NCBI GenBank assembly: GCA_043811375.1
Contig: JBDRNJ010000006.1
Location: forward strand, 54,296 to 118,295
Direction: 5' to 3'
Source of the DNA: a bacterium
GTDB lineage: Bacteria > Zixibacteria > MSB-5A5 > GN15 > FEB-12
DNA: 64,000 bases
In this document: positions 38,034-47,823 of the stretch, one piece after another
Numbering within the stretch: position 1 is the stretch's first letter
Layout of the letters: each line of letters opens with the position of its first letter
The notes under the pieces: model-generated
The model's input: the letters and a program-made list of their open reading frames with translations, nothing else
Database searches by the model: none
What the model was told of the DNA's origin: nothing
Program-made: the position numbers and the translations under genes

Positions 38034-39827
38034 TCACCAGGGAGGGGTGCAGCAACCGGGCATCGGCGCCGGGCCACCCATGAACAAGTAAGCCACCAGG
38101 TAGGTCAGATCGCCGACATCAATGGCCCCGCTGCCGTCCATGTCAGCCACGCAGAGCATCGGATTCGGCGGCGGTCCACCTTGGAATAAATAGGCTACGA
38201 GATAGGTGAGATCGCCGACATCGATGGCTCCGCTGCCATCCACATCTCCGCAAACCACGACACCACCCGCTGGGACCACCACACACAGGCAGAACTCGGA
38301 AGTATTATTAACGGCGTCGGTAGCGGTGGCAGTAACATCATCTCCAGCCACCAGCACCGTCGTGGTCAGGCTCCAGTTGCCCAGCGCGTTGGGAGTGGTC
38401 GAACCTACATACAGCTCACCTTCGCCATGACCGGAGCCATCCAGCAAGGCACGGAAAACCTCGATGGTAGTCGTATTTGGTGCCGGTGTATCCAGAGTCC
38501 CGGTGACGGTGACGTTGCCGCCCATGTTGATGATACCGGTGATAACCGGGAAGTTCATCTCCTGGTTGGCGCCTACATCGGGGTCAGTGGGATCGTTGAA
38601 CGTCACATTGGGTATGAACAGGTCTATTCCCAGACCGCCGTTGTCATAGATGGAGTTCTGGGTGATCTGGTTCCTATCGCCGTTGACAATGTCGACACCG
38701 TCCTCCCAGACATAAACTCCAGCCAGGCCGTTTTTCGCGATAGTATTGTTGGGTCCAATGAAATTGCCGTCGGCACAGCCCCACAGTGCAGCTCCGTAGG
38801 TGCCGAGTGTCACCCCATACATTGTATTCGGCAGCGGGTTTAACGCGATGTCGAGTCCGATGATATTGTCCTGAACATGATTGGCGTAGGTCTGAATCGG
38901 TGGTGCAGGGAAGGGGATGTTGTTGTAACCCTGCATGCCGACGCCGTCGTAGTCGTTGCCTGAGATAAGATTGTACTGGACCCAGTTGTCGTGCGTCCCT
39001 TCACAGAGGCAGACACCTTCGTGGTCATTGCCCAGGTCGGCTGTCCCGGAGCGATCGGTCCCTATGTAGCAGTTGTAGATGCCGTTACCGTAAACGTCAC
39101 CGGGGACTATTGGTCCCCAGATGGCAATACCGTCGGCATAGTTGCCCGAGGAGAGGCAGCCGTCGACAATGTTCTGGGTGGCAATACTACCGCCGCCGGT
39201 GTTCTTGATTCGGACACCGGCCCAGGGAGTCAGTATAGTGCGGCCATTGCCGATATCGAAGGTACCGGTCGGATCGGTACCCACGTAGCAACAGTAGACC
39301 ATATTGAAGTTAGCCGTCAGATTGGTCACGCCCGCCTCTATCAGGATACCATCCTGCTCAAAATCATTGATGACCAGGCCGTCGATCACATTATTGTCCG
39401 ACTGGACCCAGAGACCGCAAGCGGGGCCGGCAGAGAGGCCGTTGATTTCAATCATCAGCGTGGCCGTGCTGGGTGGGTTAGCGCCGGTAGCGGATCCCGG
39501 TTGTGACAGTCCGGCGATGTAGCAGCCGGCAGGATCAGTTAGCGCTGGTAACTGGGCACCGGGTATGATCACATGCGGTCCCACGCCGGAGATGTTAAAA
39601 GTGATCATGTCGAATCCGGCGCTGGCGTTGGCCGAGTTTATGGCCCATAAAAGGTCACCCGGTATTCCGAAAGCAAAAGGCAAGGTAACGGTAAAGGTGG
39701 CGGCAGGTGATTGCTCGGGCCTTTCCGAACGCATTGGCGGCCGTGGTTGTTGCCCGCTGTCCCCAGCCAATGCGACAGCAAACAGACACAACAGAGCCAA
39801 GGCCACAGTTAACATTTTTCCAGACAT
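38034..39827 (-). CDS. Secreted parallel beta-helix protein with C-terminal dockerin type I repeats
   Basis: Signal peptide; GN/IGTD repeats, NSIYDNGGLGIDL, TATATDAVNNTSEF; duplicated GDVDGSGAIDVGDLTYLVAYLF. Confidence 0.88.
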   Translation of the reverse strand: MSGKMLTVALALLCLFAVALAGDSGQQPRPPMRSERPEQSPAATFTVTLPFAFGIPGDLLWAINSANASAGFDMITFNISGVGPHVIIPGAQLPALTDPAGCYIAGLSQPGSATGANPPSTATLMIEINGLSAGPACGLWVQSDNNVIDGLVINDFEQDGILIEAGVTNLTANFNMVYCCYVGTDPTGTFDIGNGRTILTPWAGVRIKNTGGGSIATQNIVDGCLSSGNYADGIAIWGPIVPGDVYGNGIYNCYIGTDRSGTADLGNDHEGVCLCEGTHDNWVQYNLISGNDYDGVGMQGYNNIPFPAPPIQTYANHVQDNIIGLDIALNPLPNTMYGVTLGTYGAALWGCADGNFIGPNNTIAKNGLAGVYVWEDGVDIVNGDRNQITQNSIYDNGGLGIDLFIPNVTFNDPTDPDVGANQEMNFPVITGIINMGGNVTVTGTLDTPAPNTTTIEVFRALLDGSGHGEGELYVGSTTPNALGNWSLTTTVLVAGDDVTATATDAVNNTSEFCLCVVVPAGGVVVCGDVDGSGAIDVGDLTYLVAYLFQGGPPPNPMLCVADMDGSGAIDVGDLTYLVAYLFMGGPAPMPGCCTPPW

Positions 39828-40122
39828 AGCTCCTCCATCAAAATGATATGGTAAAGTTGTTTTCTCATCGCCACTTGAATGAGCAGACCTCTCCGATAGT
39901 GGAGATACCCGCAATACGAATCGACAAACACAGACGTTCTAACATGCAGAATCACAAAGATGCAAGTACTGGTTTCTAACTACAATAAAACAATCAGCGC
40001 CCGAAAGTCAAGTCATTTTTGGACTTAGCAACGACCGGCGGAGTGTTCGGGCCGCGTCTGTGAGCAGTTATGATCAAGCAAGTCGTTGCTTCCCGTAGTA
40101 ATGTTGCTGTTAATTGTTAAAG

Positions 40123-41022
40123 ATGTCTGGTACAAGTGACAAAAACCAAATGATGCCGTTGTTGACCCTAACAATCGGCGCGTCTTGTATTAGTTTTGCC
40201 GCTGTCTTTGTCAAGCTGCTCGGCGGCCGGGGAATGGAGCCGACAGTTATCGGTTTCTGGCGGACTTTTCTGGGAGCGGTGATTTTGTTCGCATGGGCGG
40301 CGCTCAGGCGAGAACGATTGACACTTCCCGGTTCGGTAATGGGCTGGAGTGCTCTGGCCGGTTTTGTGTTTTTTCTCGATCTCTTTTTCTGGCACCGTTC
40401 CATCCTGTACGCAGGAGCCGGGATGGCGACAATTCTGGCCAATACCCAGGTATTCACAACGGCAATCCTGAGTCTTTTGATCTTTAAGGAAAGACTGAGC
40501 CTGAGATTCTTCGTCGCCATTGTGTCCGCTATTGCGGGAGTAGCCCTGTTGATAGGGTGGGGGAGTGGTATCGTGTTTACTGCCCGCTATCTCAACGGTG
40601 TCATTTACGGCCTGCTGACCGGTATCGTGTATGCCGGTTATATTGTCATCCTGAAAAATGCCGGACAGCACGCGCAGAAACCGGGATTCCTGACGCTGAT
40701 GGCCTTCACATCGCTGTTTTCCGCTCTGTTTTTGGGATTAGCCGGGCTGCTGGAGAAAGCCTCATTGGCACCTCCTGACTGGCTGTCGGTGTTGTGGCTG
40801 GTTATTCTGGCATTGGTGGCCCAGGCGTGGGGGTGGCGGGCGATAGCCGGGGCACTGCCACGGATTGAGGCTTCCCGGGCCGGGTTGGTCCTGCTGCTGC
40901 AGCCGGTTCTGGCCACCGTCTGGGGTGTCATCCTGTTCCACGAGTACCTGACCTCGGTTCAGATAATAGGAGCCGTAATAACGCTGACAGCCATCTATGC
41001 CGGATCTGTGCGCCGACGCTGA
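40123..41022 (+). CDS. DMT/EamA family transporter
   Basis: About ten TM helices, ISFAAVFVKL, LLQPVLATVWGVILFHE. Confidence 0.9.
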   Translation: MSGTSDKNQMMPLLTLTIGASCISFAAVFVKLLGGRGMEPTVIGFWRTFLGAVILFAWAALRRERLTLPGSVMGWSALAGFVFFLDLFFWHRSILYAGAGMATILANTQVFTTAILSLLIFKERLSLRFFVAIVSAIAGVALLIGWGSGIVFTARYLNGVIYGLLTGIVYAGYIVILKNAGQHAQKPGFLTLMAFTSLFSALFLGLAGLLEKASLAPPDWLSVLWLVILALVAQAWGWRAIAGALPRIEASRAGLVLLLQPVLATVWGVILFHEYLTSVQIIGAVITLTAIYAGSVRRR

Positions 41023-41185
41023 CCTGCCTTCAATCAGGAATATCCATGAGGCTAACTTGTTGCGATCAGTGTAATTATTATCTTGGCAAAGGGTTGGTTA
41101 TAATGTAGATTGTACTCTGAAAACAGGACCGGACCAGCCGGTGTTCAGAATTTGAGCAGTCCGTCGATAATGTGAGGGAAATGTT

Positions 41186-41500
41186 TTGGAATTTACGTGG
41201 CCAATTTTAATGTCCGGAGGCCAGGATGGCGGTGGCGGTGGCGCTATTACGCTCGTCTGGTTCGGGCTGATTTTTGTATTGATGTATTTGTTGCTGATTC
41301 GCCCCCAGCGCAAGAAACAGAAAGAACACCAGAAGTTACTCGGTGATTTGAGGAAGGGCGACAAAGTTGTGACCAGCGGCGGCATGTTTGGCATTATTTT
41401 CGCCATTGATGAAGAGCGCAATCGGGTGGTGTTGAAAATCAATGAAAATACCCGATTGGAGTTCCTGAAATCATCAATAGCCGCCAAGGTCGAAAAATAG
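41186..41500 (+). CDS. yajC: Preprotein translocase subunit YajC
   Basis: YLLLIRPQRKKQKEH, LRKGDKVVTSGG. Confidence 0.95.
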   Translation: MEFTWPILMSGGQDGGGGGAITLVWFGLIFVLMYLLLIRPQRKKQKEHQKLLGDLRKGDKVVTSGGMFGIIFAIDEERNRVVLKINENTRLEFLKSSIAAKVEK

Positions 41501-41514
41501 TTTAAGGAGTTACC

Positions 41515-42021
41515 GTGGCAGAGCGGCCGATCGTCGTATATGGCGATACGATTCTGCGGCAAGTGTCTCAGCCGGTTGAAGAAATCGACAACGAGGTTAA
41601 GGACCTGGTGGCCACATTGGTGGCTACTCTAAAAAAAGCTAATGGTCTGGGACTGGCAGCAGTTCAGGTCGGCGTTTTGAAACGTCTTTTTATTGTCGAT
41701 GTCTCAGTGGTTGATGCGAGCGAGACCCTGCGAGTGTTTATCAATCCCGAAATCATTGAAACCAGCGGCGAAGTGGAACTGGAGGAAGGTTGCCTGTCCT
41801 TCCCGGGATTGTATCAGAAGGTCGTGCGATCGTCCAAAGTCAGAGTGCGGGCGACGGACCTCGACGGCAACCAGTTTGCGCTTGAGGTGGATGGTATGGT
41901 TGCCCGGGCAATCCTGCACGAGTTTGATCACCTCGAGGGTAAGCTGTTTGTAGATCTACTGTCGCCGATTACCAGAACGCTCATCAGAGGCCGCCTGAAA
42001 AAGCTCTCACGGGTGTCTTAG
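41515..42021 (+). CDS. def: Peptide deformylase
   Basis: GLGLAAVQVG, EGCLS, HEFDHL. Confidence 0.97.
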   Translation: MAERPIVVYGDTILRQVSQPVEEIDNEVKDLVATLVATLKKANGLGLAAVQVGVLKRLFIVDVSVVDASETLRVFINPEIIETSGEVELEEGCLSFPGLYQKVVRSSKVRVRATDLDGNQFALEVDGMVARAILHEFDHLEGKLFVDLLSPITRTLIRGRLKKLSRVS

Positions 42022-42108
42022 GTCGCTGTTCGACCACTACCCCCGACCCCCGGAAGACACTGCCCTCCGGCCAACCACCGGGGCGCTCTCCCACGGTAGA
42101 AGTAACGG

Positions 42109-43083
42109 ATGAAGATTATCTTCATGGGTACGCCGAAGTTTGCACGCCAATCTCTGGTGTGCCTTAATGGCAGCCGTCACGATGTTGTGGCGGTGGTAAC
42201 CGGGCCTGACCAGCGCTCACGACGCGGCGGTCAGATGATTCCGACACCGGTTGGCCGGGAGGCGCAGGAACTGGGGCTGGAAATTTACAAACCGGCTTCA
42301 CTTAAGGAAGAGGAGTTCTGCACGAAACTAAGCAACTACGCGGCTGATCTGATCGTTGTGGTTGCTTTCAAGATTCTACCGGAAAAGCTATTTAGTCTTC
42401 CTGCGCGAGGTTCCATTAATATCCATACCTCGTTGTTGCCCCGTTATCGCGGGGCGGCGCCCATAAACTGGGCGTTGATAAACGGCGAGAAAGAAACCGG
42501 CCTGTCGAGTTTCTTTCTCAAGAGAAAAGTCGATACGGGTGACATTATCCTTCAGGAGAAGGTCACCATAACCGAAAATGATACATTTGATACCCTGTCG
42601 GCACGATTATCCGAGTTGGCCGGCCCCTTTCTGTTGCGAACGCTGGATCTGGTTGAGAATCCGGGTCCCCGGCGACCGCGGTCACAGGAAGATGACCAGG
42701 CCACACCGGCTCCCCGAATTCAGCCTTTCGATGCCATGATTGATTTTGGGATGCCAGCTTCAAGAGTGTGCAACTTTGTTCGCGGGTTGTCCTCCACACC
42801 GGGCGCCTACACTTTCTTTCGAGGCAACCGCATCAAAATCCTGGCCTGCCGGCAACACTCCGGCGCAACGCCAATTCCGGGAGAGCGACACCTACGCCCC
42901 GGCACCATCCTTGATGACCGTAGGCGATTCCTGGTCCAGTGTGCCGATTTGTGTGTGGAAGTTGTTTCAGTGCTGCCACAGGGTAAAAAACTCATCAGCG
43001 GACGGGATTTCCTTAACGGGATCACACCGCTACCGGGTGAATGTCTGGGTGAAATTCCCCGAGAGGAACAAAACCAACAATGA
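42109..43083 (+). CDS. fmt: Methionyl-tRNA formyltransferase
   Basis: IIFMGTPKFA, NIHTSLLPRYRGAAPI, DTGDI. Confidence 0.96.
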   Translation: MKIIFMGTPKFARQSLVCLNGSRHDVVAVVTGPDQRSRRGGQMIPTPVGREAQELGLEIYKPASLKEEEFCTKLSNYAADLIVVVAFKILPEKLFSLPARGSINIHTSLLPRYRGAAPINWALINGEKETGLSSFFLKRKVDTGDIILQEKVTITENDTFDTLSARLSELAGPFLLRTLDLVENPGPRRPRSQEDDQATPAPRIQPFDAMIDFGMPASRVCNFVRGLSSTPGAYTFFRGNRIKILACRQHSGATPIPGERHLRPGTILDDRRRFLVQCADLCVEVVSVLPQGKKLISGRDFLNGITPLPGECLGEIPREEQNQQ

Positions 43084-44618
43084 AAAAAGAGATTTTAATT
43101 AACTCCACCGACTACGAGACGCGGGTGGCTATTCTCGAAGAGAATCGGCTGGTGGAACTGCAAGTGGAACGACCCGATGCGGAACGCATGGTGGGTGATA
43201 TCTACAAGGGCATTATCAGGACGGTATTACCGGGGATGCAGGCGGCCTTTGTGGATATCGGCCTGCCGCGGGCGGCCTACCTGCATTCTTCGGACATCGG
43301 CAAGGAGTATGACCACCATTTTGACTCCGAAAGTGTCGAAGAAGAAGAGGCGCCGATTGACATCGTTCGTAAAAGACGCCGCGCCGGCATTGAGACGGTC
43401 CTGAAGAAGAACCAGGAAATCCTGGTGCAGGTGATCAAAGAACCGATATCAACCAAAGGGCCACGAGTGGCTTCGGAGATATCCATCCCCGGCCGACTGC
43501 TGGTGCTGGTTCCTGATGACGATCACATCAGAGTGTCAAAACGTATCCCCGGCTGGAACGAGAAAAAACGCCTCAAAAAGCTGCTGGCTCCCCTGCGACC
43601 GGAAGGATTCGGTCTCATCGCCCGCACTGAAGCAGCCGGCAAGGAAACCAAGGACTTTCGTGCCGACATCAAGAGACTGCACAAGTTGTGGATGATGCTA
43701 AAACGCAAAGCCGACAACACCGCCGCACCCAGCCTGATCCACAAGGAAGCCGAGATGCTTGTGGGTATGATCCGAGATATCTTCACCGATGATGTTCATC
43801 GGTTGCTGGTTGACAACCGGGACGACTATAAAAAACTGATCCGATTTGCCCGGCAGGTGTTGCCGCATCTGAAAAACCGTATTGAACTCTATCGGGGTAA
43901 CCAGTCGTTGTTCGATAAGTATAACCTGGAACCGGAAATCGAACGCATGCTGGAGCGCAAGGTCTGGATTAAGAAGGGTGCCTACCTGGTCATTGATCAG
44001 ACGGAGGCGATGGTGACTATTGATGTCAACACCGGCCGGTTTGTCGGCAGTGGGAATCAGGAAAACACGATTTTTCAGACCAACCTCGAATCTGCTCGTG
44101 AAGCCGCTCGGCAGATTCGGCTCCGTGACATCGGCGGACTGATTATCTGCGACTTTATTGATATGTACAGCCGCGAAAATCGACGCCGACTGTTCGAGGA
44201 GTTTCGGACCTGCTTCAGCAACGACCGGGCCAAAAGAGCTATCAGCCCCGTGACCGATTTCGGCATTATTGAAATGACTCGCGAAAGAGTACGACAGTCG
44301 CATTTGCATCAGCTTTCGGAGTTGTGCCCCTACTGCGATGGGCTGGGGCGAGTACTGTCCCGGCAGACTATGTCCACCAAGGTGGAACGCTGGTTTGTCC
44401 GAGCCAAAGCCGATAAGAAGTACGACCACTTCAATTTGCTGGTCAGCCCTATGCTGGCTGAGGCGATGTGTGAAAACGGCACCAACCGGGTTCAGCGGAT
44501 GATGAAAGCACACAATTTCAAGATCAACCTGGTGCGCGATACTACTATCCCCATCCAGGAATTCAAAGTGTGCCGAGCTGGCACCAAAGAGGATATCACA
44601 GACAAATACAGGGTCTGA
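43080..44618 (+). CDS. rng: Rne/Rng family ribonuclease
   Basis: S1 domain GMQAAFVDIG, IDVNTG, RLRDIGGLIICDFIDM, CPYCDG. Confidence 0.93.
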   Translation: MKKEILINSTDYETRVAILEENRLVELQVERPDAERMVGDIYKGIIRTVLPGMQAAFVDIGLPRAAYLHSSDIGKEYDHHFDSESVEEEEAPIDIVRKRRRAGIETVLKKNQEILVQVIKEPISTKGPRVASEISIPGRLLVLVPDDDHIRVSKRIPGWNEKKRLKKLLAPLRPEGFGLIARTEAAGKETKDFRADIKRLHKLWMMLKRKADNTAAPSLIHKEAEMLVGMIRDIFTDDVHRLLVDNRDDYKKLIRFARQVLPHLKNRIELYRGNQSLFDKYNLEPEIERMLERKVWIKKGAYLVIDQTEAMVTIDVNTGRFVGSGNQENTIFQTNLESAREAARQIRLRDIGGLIICDFIDMYSRENRRRLFEEFRTCFSNDRAKRAISPVTDFGIIEMTRERVRQSHLHQLSELCPYCDGLGRVLSRQTMSTKVERWFVRAKADKKYDHFNLLVSPMLAEAMCENGTNRVQRMMKAHNFKINLVRDTTIPIQEFKVCRAGTKEDITDKYRV

Positions 44619-44754
44619 AAAACAGATATGATCGGCTGTCTTATATGGTGACGATTACGGCCCGCTTAAGGGGGGGCTTCTAATCAGTGGCCGATGGCAA
44701 ACATGTAAAAAAAGATTGACTCCTCTGTACGCATATACCTACCTTACAGATGTA

Positions 44755-45393
44755 ATGGGAGATACAGGCGGTATAGGCCGTGAAATCGAGGTCAAGCTGC
44801 GCCTGGGATCATTCGCCGATTACCTGAAGCTGCTGGGATTCCTGGGTCAGGTTGAGTACGAAGAGCATCACGTTAACGGTTTTTTTGATACTGAGGACGG
44901 TCTTCTTGCCAAGGCCGGCTGGGCACTGCGTGTTCGTTCGACTGAGCGAGGCGGACTGATAACTCTCAAGGGGCAACCTGCAATGCTGGGGGCAGCCGTA
45001 ATCCGCGAAGAGATTGAGGTCGAAATTCCGCGAGGAGTGTCAAATGATATTCTGAACCTGCGCCGGGATGTTATGAGTCTGACGGTAGAACCGGTGGAGT
45101 TCGTTCGCAGAAAATGGGGCGATATCGCTCTGGCGAAATTCGTGCAATTCGAAAACACGCGGCAGAAAAAGCAGTTCAGGGTTGATGATGACAGCTTGAT
45201 GCTGGAACTTGACAAAACCGAATTTGCCGATGGTACCATCGAGTATGAACTGGAACTGGAATTGACCGAAGAAAGCCAGGTTCAGACCGTTGAGGACAGG
45301 CTCAGGCGATTGTTTGTTTCTTTGAACATCCCCTTTGAACCCAACCATGAGAGCAAGCTGCAACGCGCTCTAATGAAAGCCGGCCAGGTCTAA
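44755..45393 (+). CDS. CYTH domain protein
   Basis: EIEVK, FFDT, LRVR, YELELE, SKLQRAL. Confidence 0.88.
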   Translation: MGDTGGIGREIEVKLRLGSFADYLKLLGFLGQVEYEEHHVNGFFDTEDGLLAKAGWALRVRSTERGGLITLKGQPAMLGAAVIREEIEVEIPRGVSNDILNLRRDVMSLTVEPVEFVRRKWGDIALAKFVQFENTRQKKQFRVDDDSLMLELDKTEFADGTIEYELELELTEESQVQTVEDRLRRLFVSLNIPFEPNHESKLQRALMKAGQV

Positions 45394-45427
45394 ACTGTCG
45401 GCTGCCGGTATTCGCCGGTCGGCAATA

Positions 45428-46252
45428 TTAATAAGATTCACTTTCGTCCGGGTAGGCGCCCCGCTTGACATCATCAATATATTTCTCGACCGCGGCTGTT
45501 ATGATAGGAGGGAGGTTAGCGTATTGTCGAAGGAATCGAGGCGCAAAACCTTCCTCGCGAAGTCCCAGAATATCGTTGATTACCAGCACCTGGCCGTCAC
45601 AATGCGGTCCGGCGCCGATGCCGATAGTGGCGGCCTTGCTGAGTGAAGCTGTGATCTCACCGGCAATCTCGGCGTCAACCAACTCCAGCACCATCGCGAA
45701 ACAGCCCGCTTCCTCCAGGGCCAGAGCTGATTCCTTCAGGTATTGCCGGGATGCGGCCTTTTTGCCCTGCACCCTAGGTCCGCCAAAACCGTGAATCGAC
45801 TGAGGCGTCAGTCCAATATGTCCCATGACCGGGATCCCGCAGGCCACGACGCGAGTGATCGTGGCCGCCATTTCGGTGCCTCCCTCTATTTTGACGGACT
45901 CGGCCCGTGCTTCTTTGAGAAAACGCCCGGCGTTGAGAATAGCCGTTTCCGTCGACGGCTGAAACGACAGGAAGGGCATGTCGGCAATAACCAGAGCCCT
46001 GGAAGTACCGCGGGCAACGGCGGCTGTGTGGGCAACCATGACGTCCATGGTGATCGGTAAGGTGGAGTCAAAGCCGTGAACCACGTTAGCGGCGGAATCG
46101 CCCACCAGCGTGGCATCAACTCCCGCTTGATCCAGAAGACGGGCCACGAAATAATCATAGGCCGTCAAAACGGCAATCTTTTCACCCTTGTTTTTTTTTG
46201 CCAGGATCGTCTGAATCGATGTTTTTTTTCTGTGAGGGTCGGTTTTTGACAT
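45428..46252 (-). CDS. panB: 3-methyl-2-oxobutanoate hydroxymethyltransferase
   Basis: LTAYD, LVGDS, DMPF, VKIEGG, GHIGLTPQ, IGIGAG..CDGQVLV. Confidence 0.97.
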   Translation of the reverse strand: MSKTDPHRKKTSIQTILAKKNKGEKIAVLTAYDYFVARLLDQAGVDATLVGDSAANVVHGFDSTLPITMDVMVAHTAAVARGTSRALVIADMPFLSFQPSTETAILNAGRFLKEARAESVKIEGGTEMAATITRVVACGIPVMGHIGLTPQSIHGFGGPRVQGKKAASRQYLKESALALEEAGCFAMVLELVDAEIAGEITASLSKAATIGIGAGPHCDGQVLVINDILGLREEGFAPRFLRQYANLPPIITAAVEKYIDDVKRGAYPDESESY

Positions 46253-46256
46253 CGCT

Positions 46257-46910
46257 TCACCTCCGTACCAGATCGCCGGCCGGAACATAATACTTTTTGC
46301 CGGACAGAGGCCGGTTGATCTGCTCAATCAGGTCGTCAAAATGTTCCGGATTGCTGACGAAATCAATACTATCGGTCTTGACTACCAGCAGGGGAGCTTC
46401 CGTGAAATTGAAGAAGAAATAGTCATAGGCCTTGTTGAGCACCTCAATGTAGTCCGAATCAATAGTCCGCTCAATCGGCAGGTTGCGTTTTCCGATGCGT
46501 TGCAGCAGAATCGGAGTAGTCGCCTGCAGGTAGATAACCAGGTCGGGACGGGGCACGTCACGGGCCAGCAATGGCGCCAGTTTGTTATAAAGCGTCAGTT
46601 CGCGATCAGACAGGTTGACCGAGGCAAAAATGGAATCTTTGGCGAACAGATAATCGGAGATTATTCGCTGGGCGAACAGGTCGCGAGTCATCAGTTGTTG
46701 TTGCTGCTGGAATCGTGACAACAGGAAGTAAAGCTGGCAACTGAAAGCGTGCCGTTTGCGATTCTTGTAGAAATCGGCCAGGAAGGGATTTTCGAGAACC
46801 TCTTCATTGATCAGGTCCGCTCTCAGCCGCTCGGCCAGCATACCGGCAAACGAGGTCTTGCCGACGCCGATCACTCCCTCGATTGCGATATAGTTATTGG
46901 TTTCAGACAT
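46257..46910 (-). CDS. Deoxynucleoside kinase
   Basis: IAIEGVIGVGKTS, ENPFLADFY, QLYFLLSR, PDLVIYL. Confidence 0.93.
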   Translation of the reverse strand: MSETNNYIAIEGVIGVGKTSFAGMLAERLRADLINEEVLENPFLADFYKNRKRHAFSCQLYFLLSRFQQQQQLMTRDLFAQRIISDYLFAKDSIFASVNLSDRELTLYNKLAPLLARDVPRPDLVIYLQATTPILLQRIGKRNLPIERTIDSDYIEVLNKAYDYFFFNFTEAPLLVVKTDSIDFVSNPEHFDDLIEQINRPLSGKKYYVPAGDLVRR

Positions 46911-47412
46911 GGCGGGCAACTTGATCCTTAAACAGCAGCACTGCCTGACGTTGATCTTCCGTGAGAAACTCGGCGATGGGACGCCTGACAACCGGATGGA
47001 CGATATCCGGTTCGATCTCCAGAAGCGGTACCATGGCGAACGGTCGATTCAGCAATTCCCGGTGCGGGATTGATAACCGCTCGCTTTCTACGATCCGGTC
47101 GCCGAACAGAAGAATATCCAGGTCTATAGTGCGCGGTAGTTTGTGACCTTTGCCGGTGCGTCCCAGGTTCTTTTCGAGCAATTCCAGTGCGTTGAGCAAC
47201 TCATTCGGCAGATACTGATAGTCGGCCATCACGACCAGGTTCAGAAACGCCGGGCTGCCCGGAGGCATACCCTGTGGTTCCGAAAGATAAATACTGGACA
47301 CGGCTACAATCTCCAGTCCGGGCAGCGTGTGCAAACCGGCCAGTGCCGACGAAAGATTTTTCTCCCGGTCGCCTTCGTTGGATCCGATCAAAATGTAAAC
47401 CGTTTCTGCCAT
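46903..47412 (-). CDS. folK: 2-amino-4-hydroxy-6-hydroxymethyldihydropteridine diphosphokinase
   Basis: IGSNEGDR, PRTIDLDILL, IPH...RPF. Confidence 0.96.
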   Translation of the reverse strand: MAETVYILIGSNEGDREKNLSSALAGLHTLPGLEIVAVSSIYLSEPQGMPPGSPAFLNLVVMADYQYLPNELLNALELLEKNLGRTGKGHKLPRTIDLDILLFGDRIVESERLSIPHRELLNRPFAMVPLLEIEPDIVHPVVRRPIAEFLTEDQRQAVLLFKDQVARHV

Positions 47413-47424
47413 AATACACCTCTG

Positions 47425-47823
47425 TTAAGCCTGGCTGTCGCCATCTATTAGTTTCGACGGATCCCCTTGGGAGCGCGTCAATTCCACCTCGACGTACTTG
47501 ACGTATCCCGGTATCGGTGGGTTCATCTTGCGTACTCTCAAAGTTATGCGGTACACTGGAAAAGTGTCAAGAACTTTGGCGGCCAGAAGGCCGGCCAGCC
47601 CCTCCAGCAATGCGAATGCCTTTCCCTCAACGGTATCCTTGATGACCCGGTGGACATGCAGGTAATCAACAGTATCGTTCAAGCGGTCGGATCGGCCGGC
47701 ATCGGCCAGGTCAACTTCCATTTCGCAATCAACCTCAAACAGACCGCCGGTTTCCTTCTCGGCCGTGGTGACACCATGGTAGCCATAGAACGACATCCCG
47801 CTGAGGCGGATAACATCCTTCAT
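47425..47823 (-). CDS. folB: Dihydroneopterin aldolase
   Basis: FYGYHGVTTAE, SDRLNDTVDY, LLE, VRK. Confidence 0.96.
   Translation of the reverse strand: MKDVIRLSGMSFYGYHGVTTAEKETGGLFEVDCEMEVDLADAGRSDRLNDTVDYLHVHRVIKDTVEGKAFALLEGLAGLLAAKVLDTFPVYRITLRVRKMNPPIPGYVKYVEVELTRSQGDPSKLIDGDSQA

Noticed and set aside
38063..38255. DNA direct repeat in the dockerin gene as a DGR template/variable repeat pair
   Set aside because: Both copies are in-frame halves of the dockerin, differences are mostly synonymous rather than adenine-specific, and there is no reverse transcriptase in the window
41050..41080. Recurrent loose AAGT/TAAC...AGTTA motifs in intergenic regions (also near 2790, 6910, 39965, 55905) as dif-like or regulator sites
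   Set aside because: Too degenerate to define by eye; needs motif discovery
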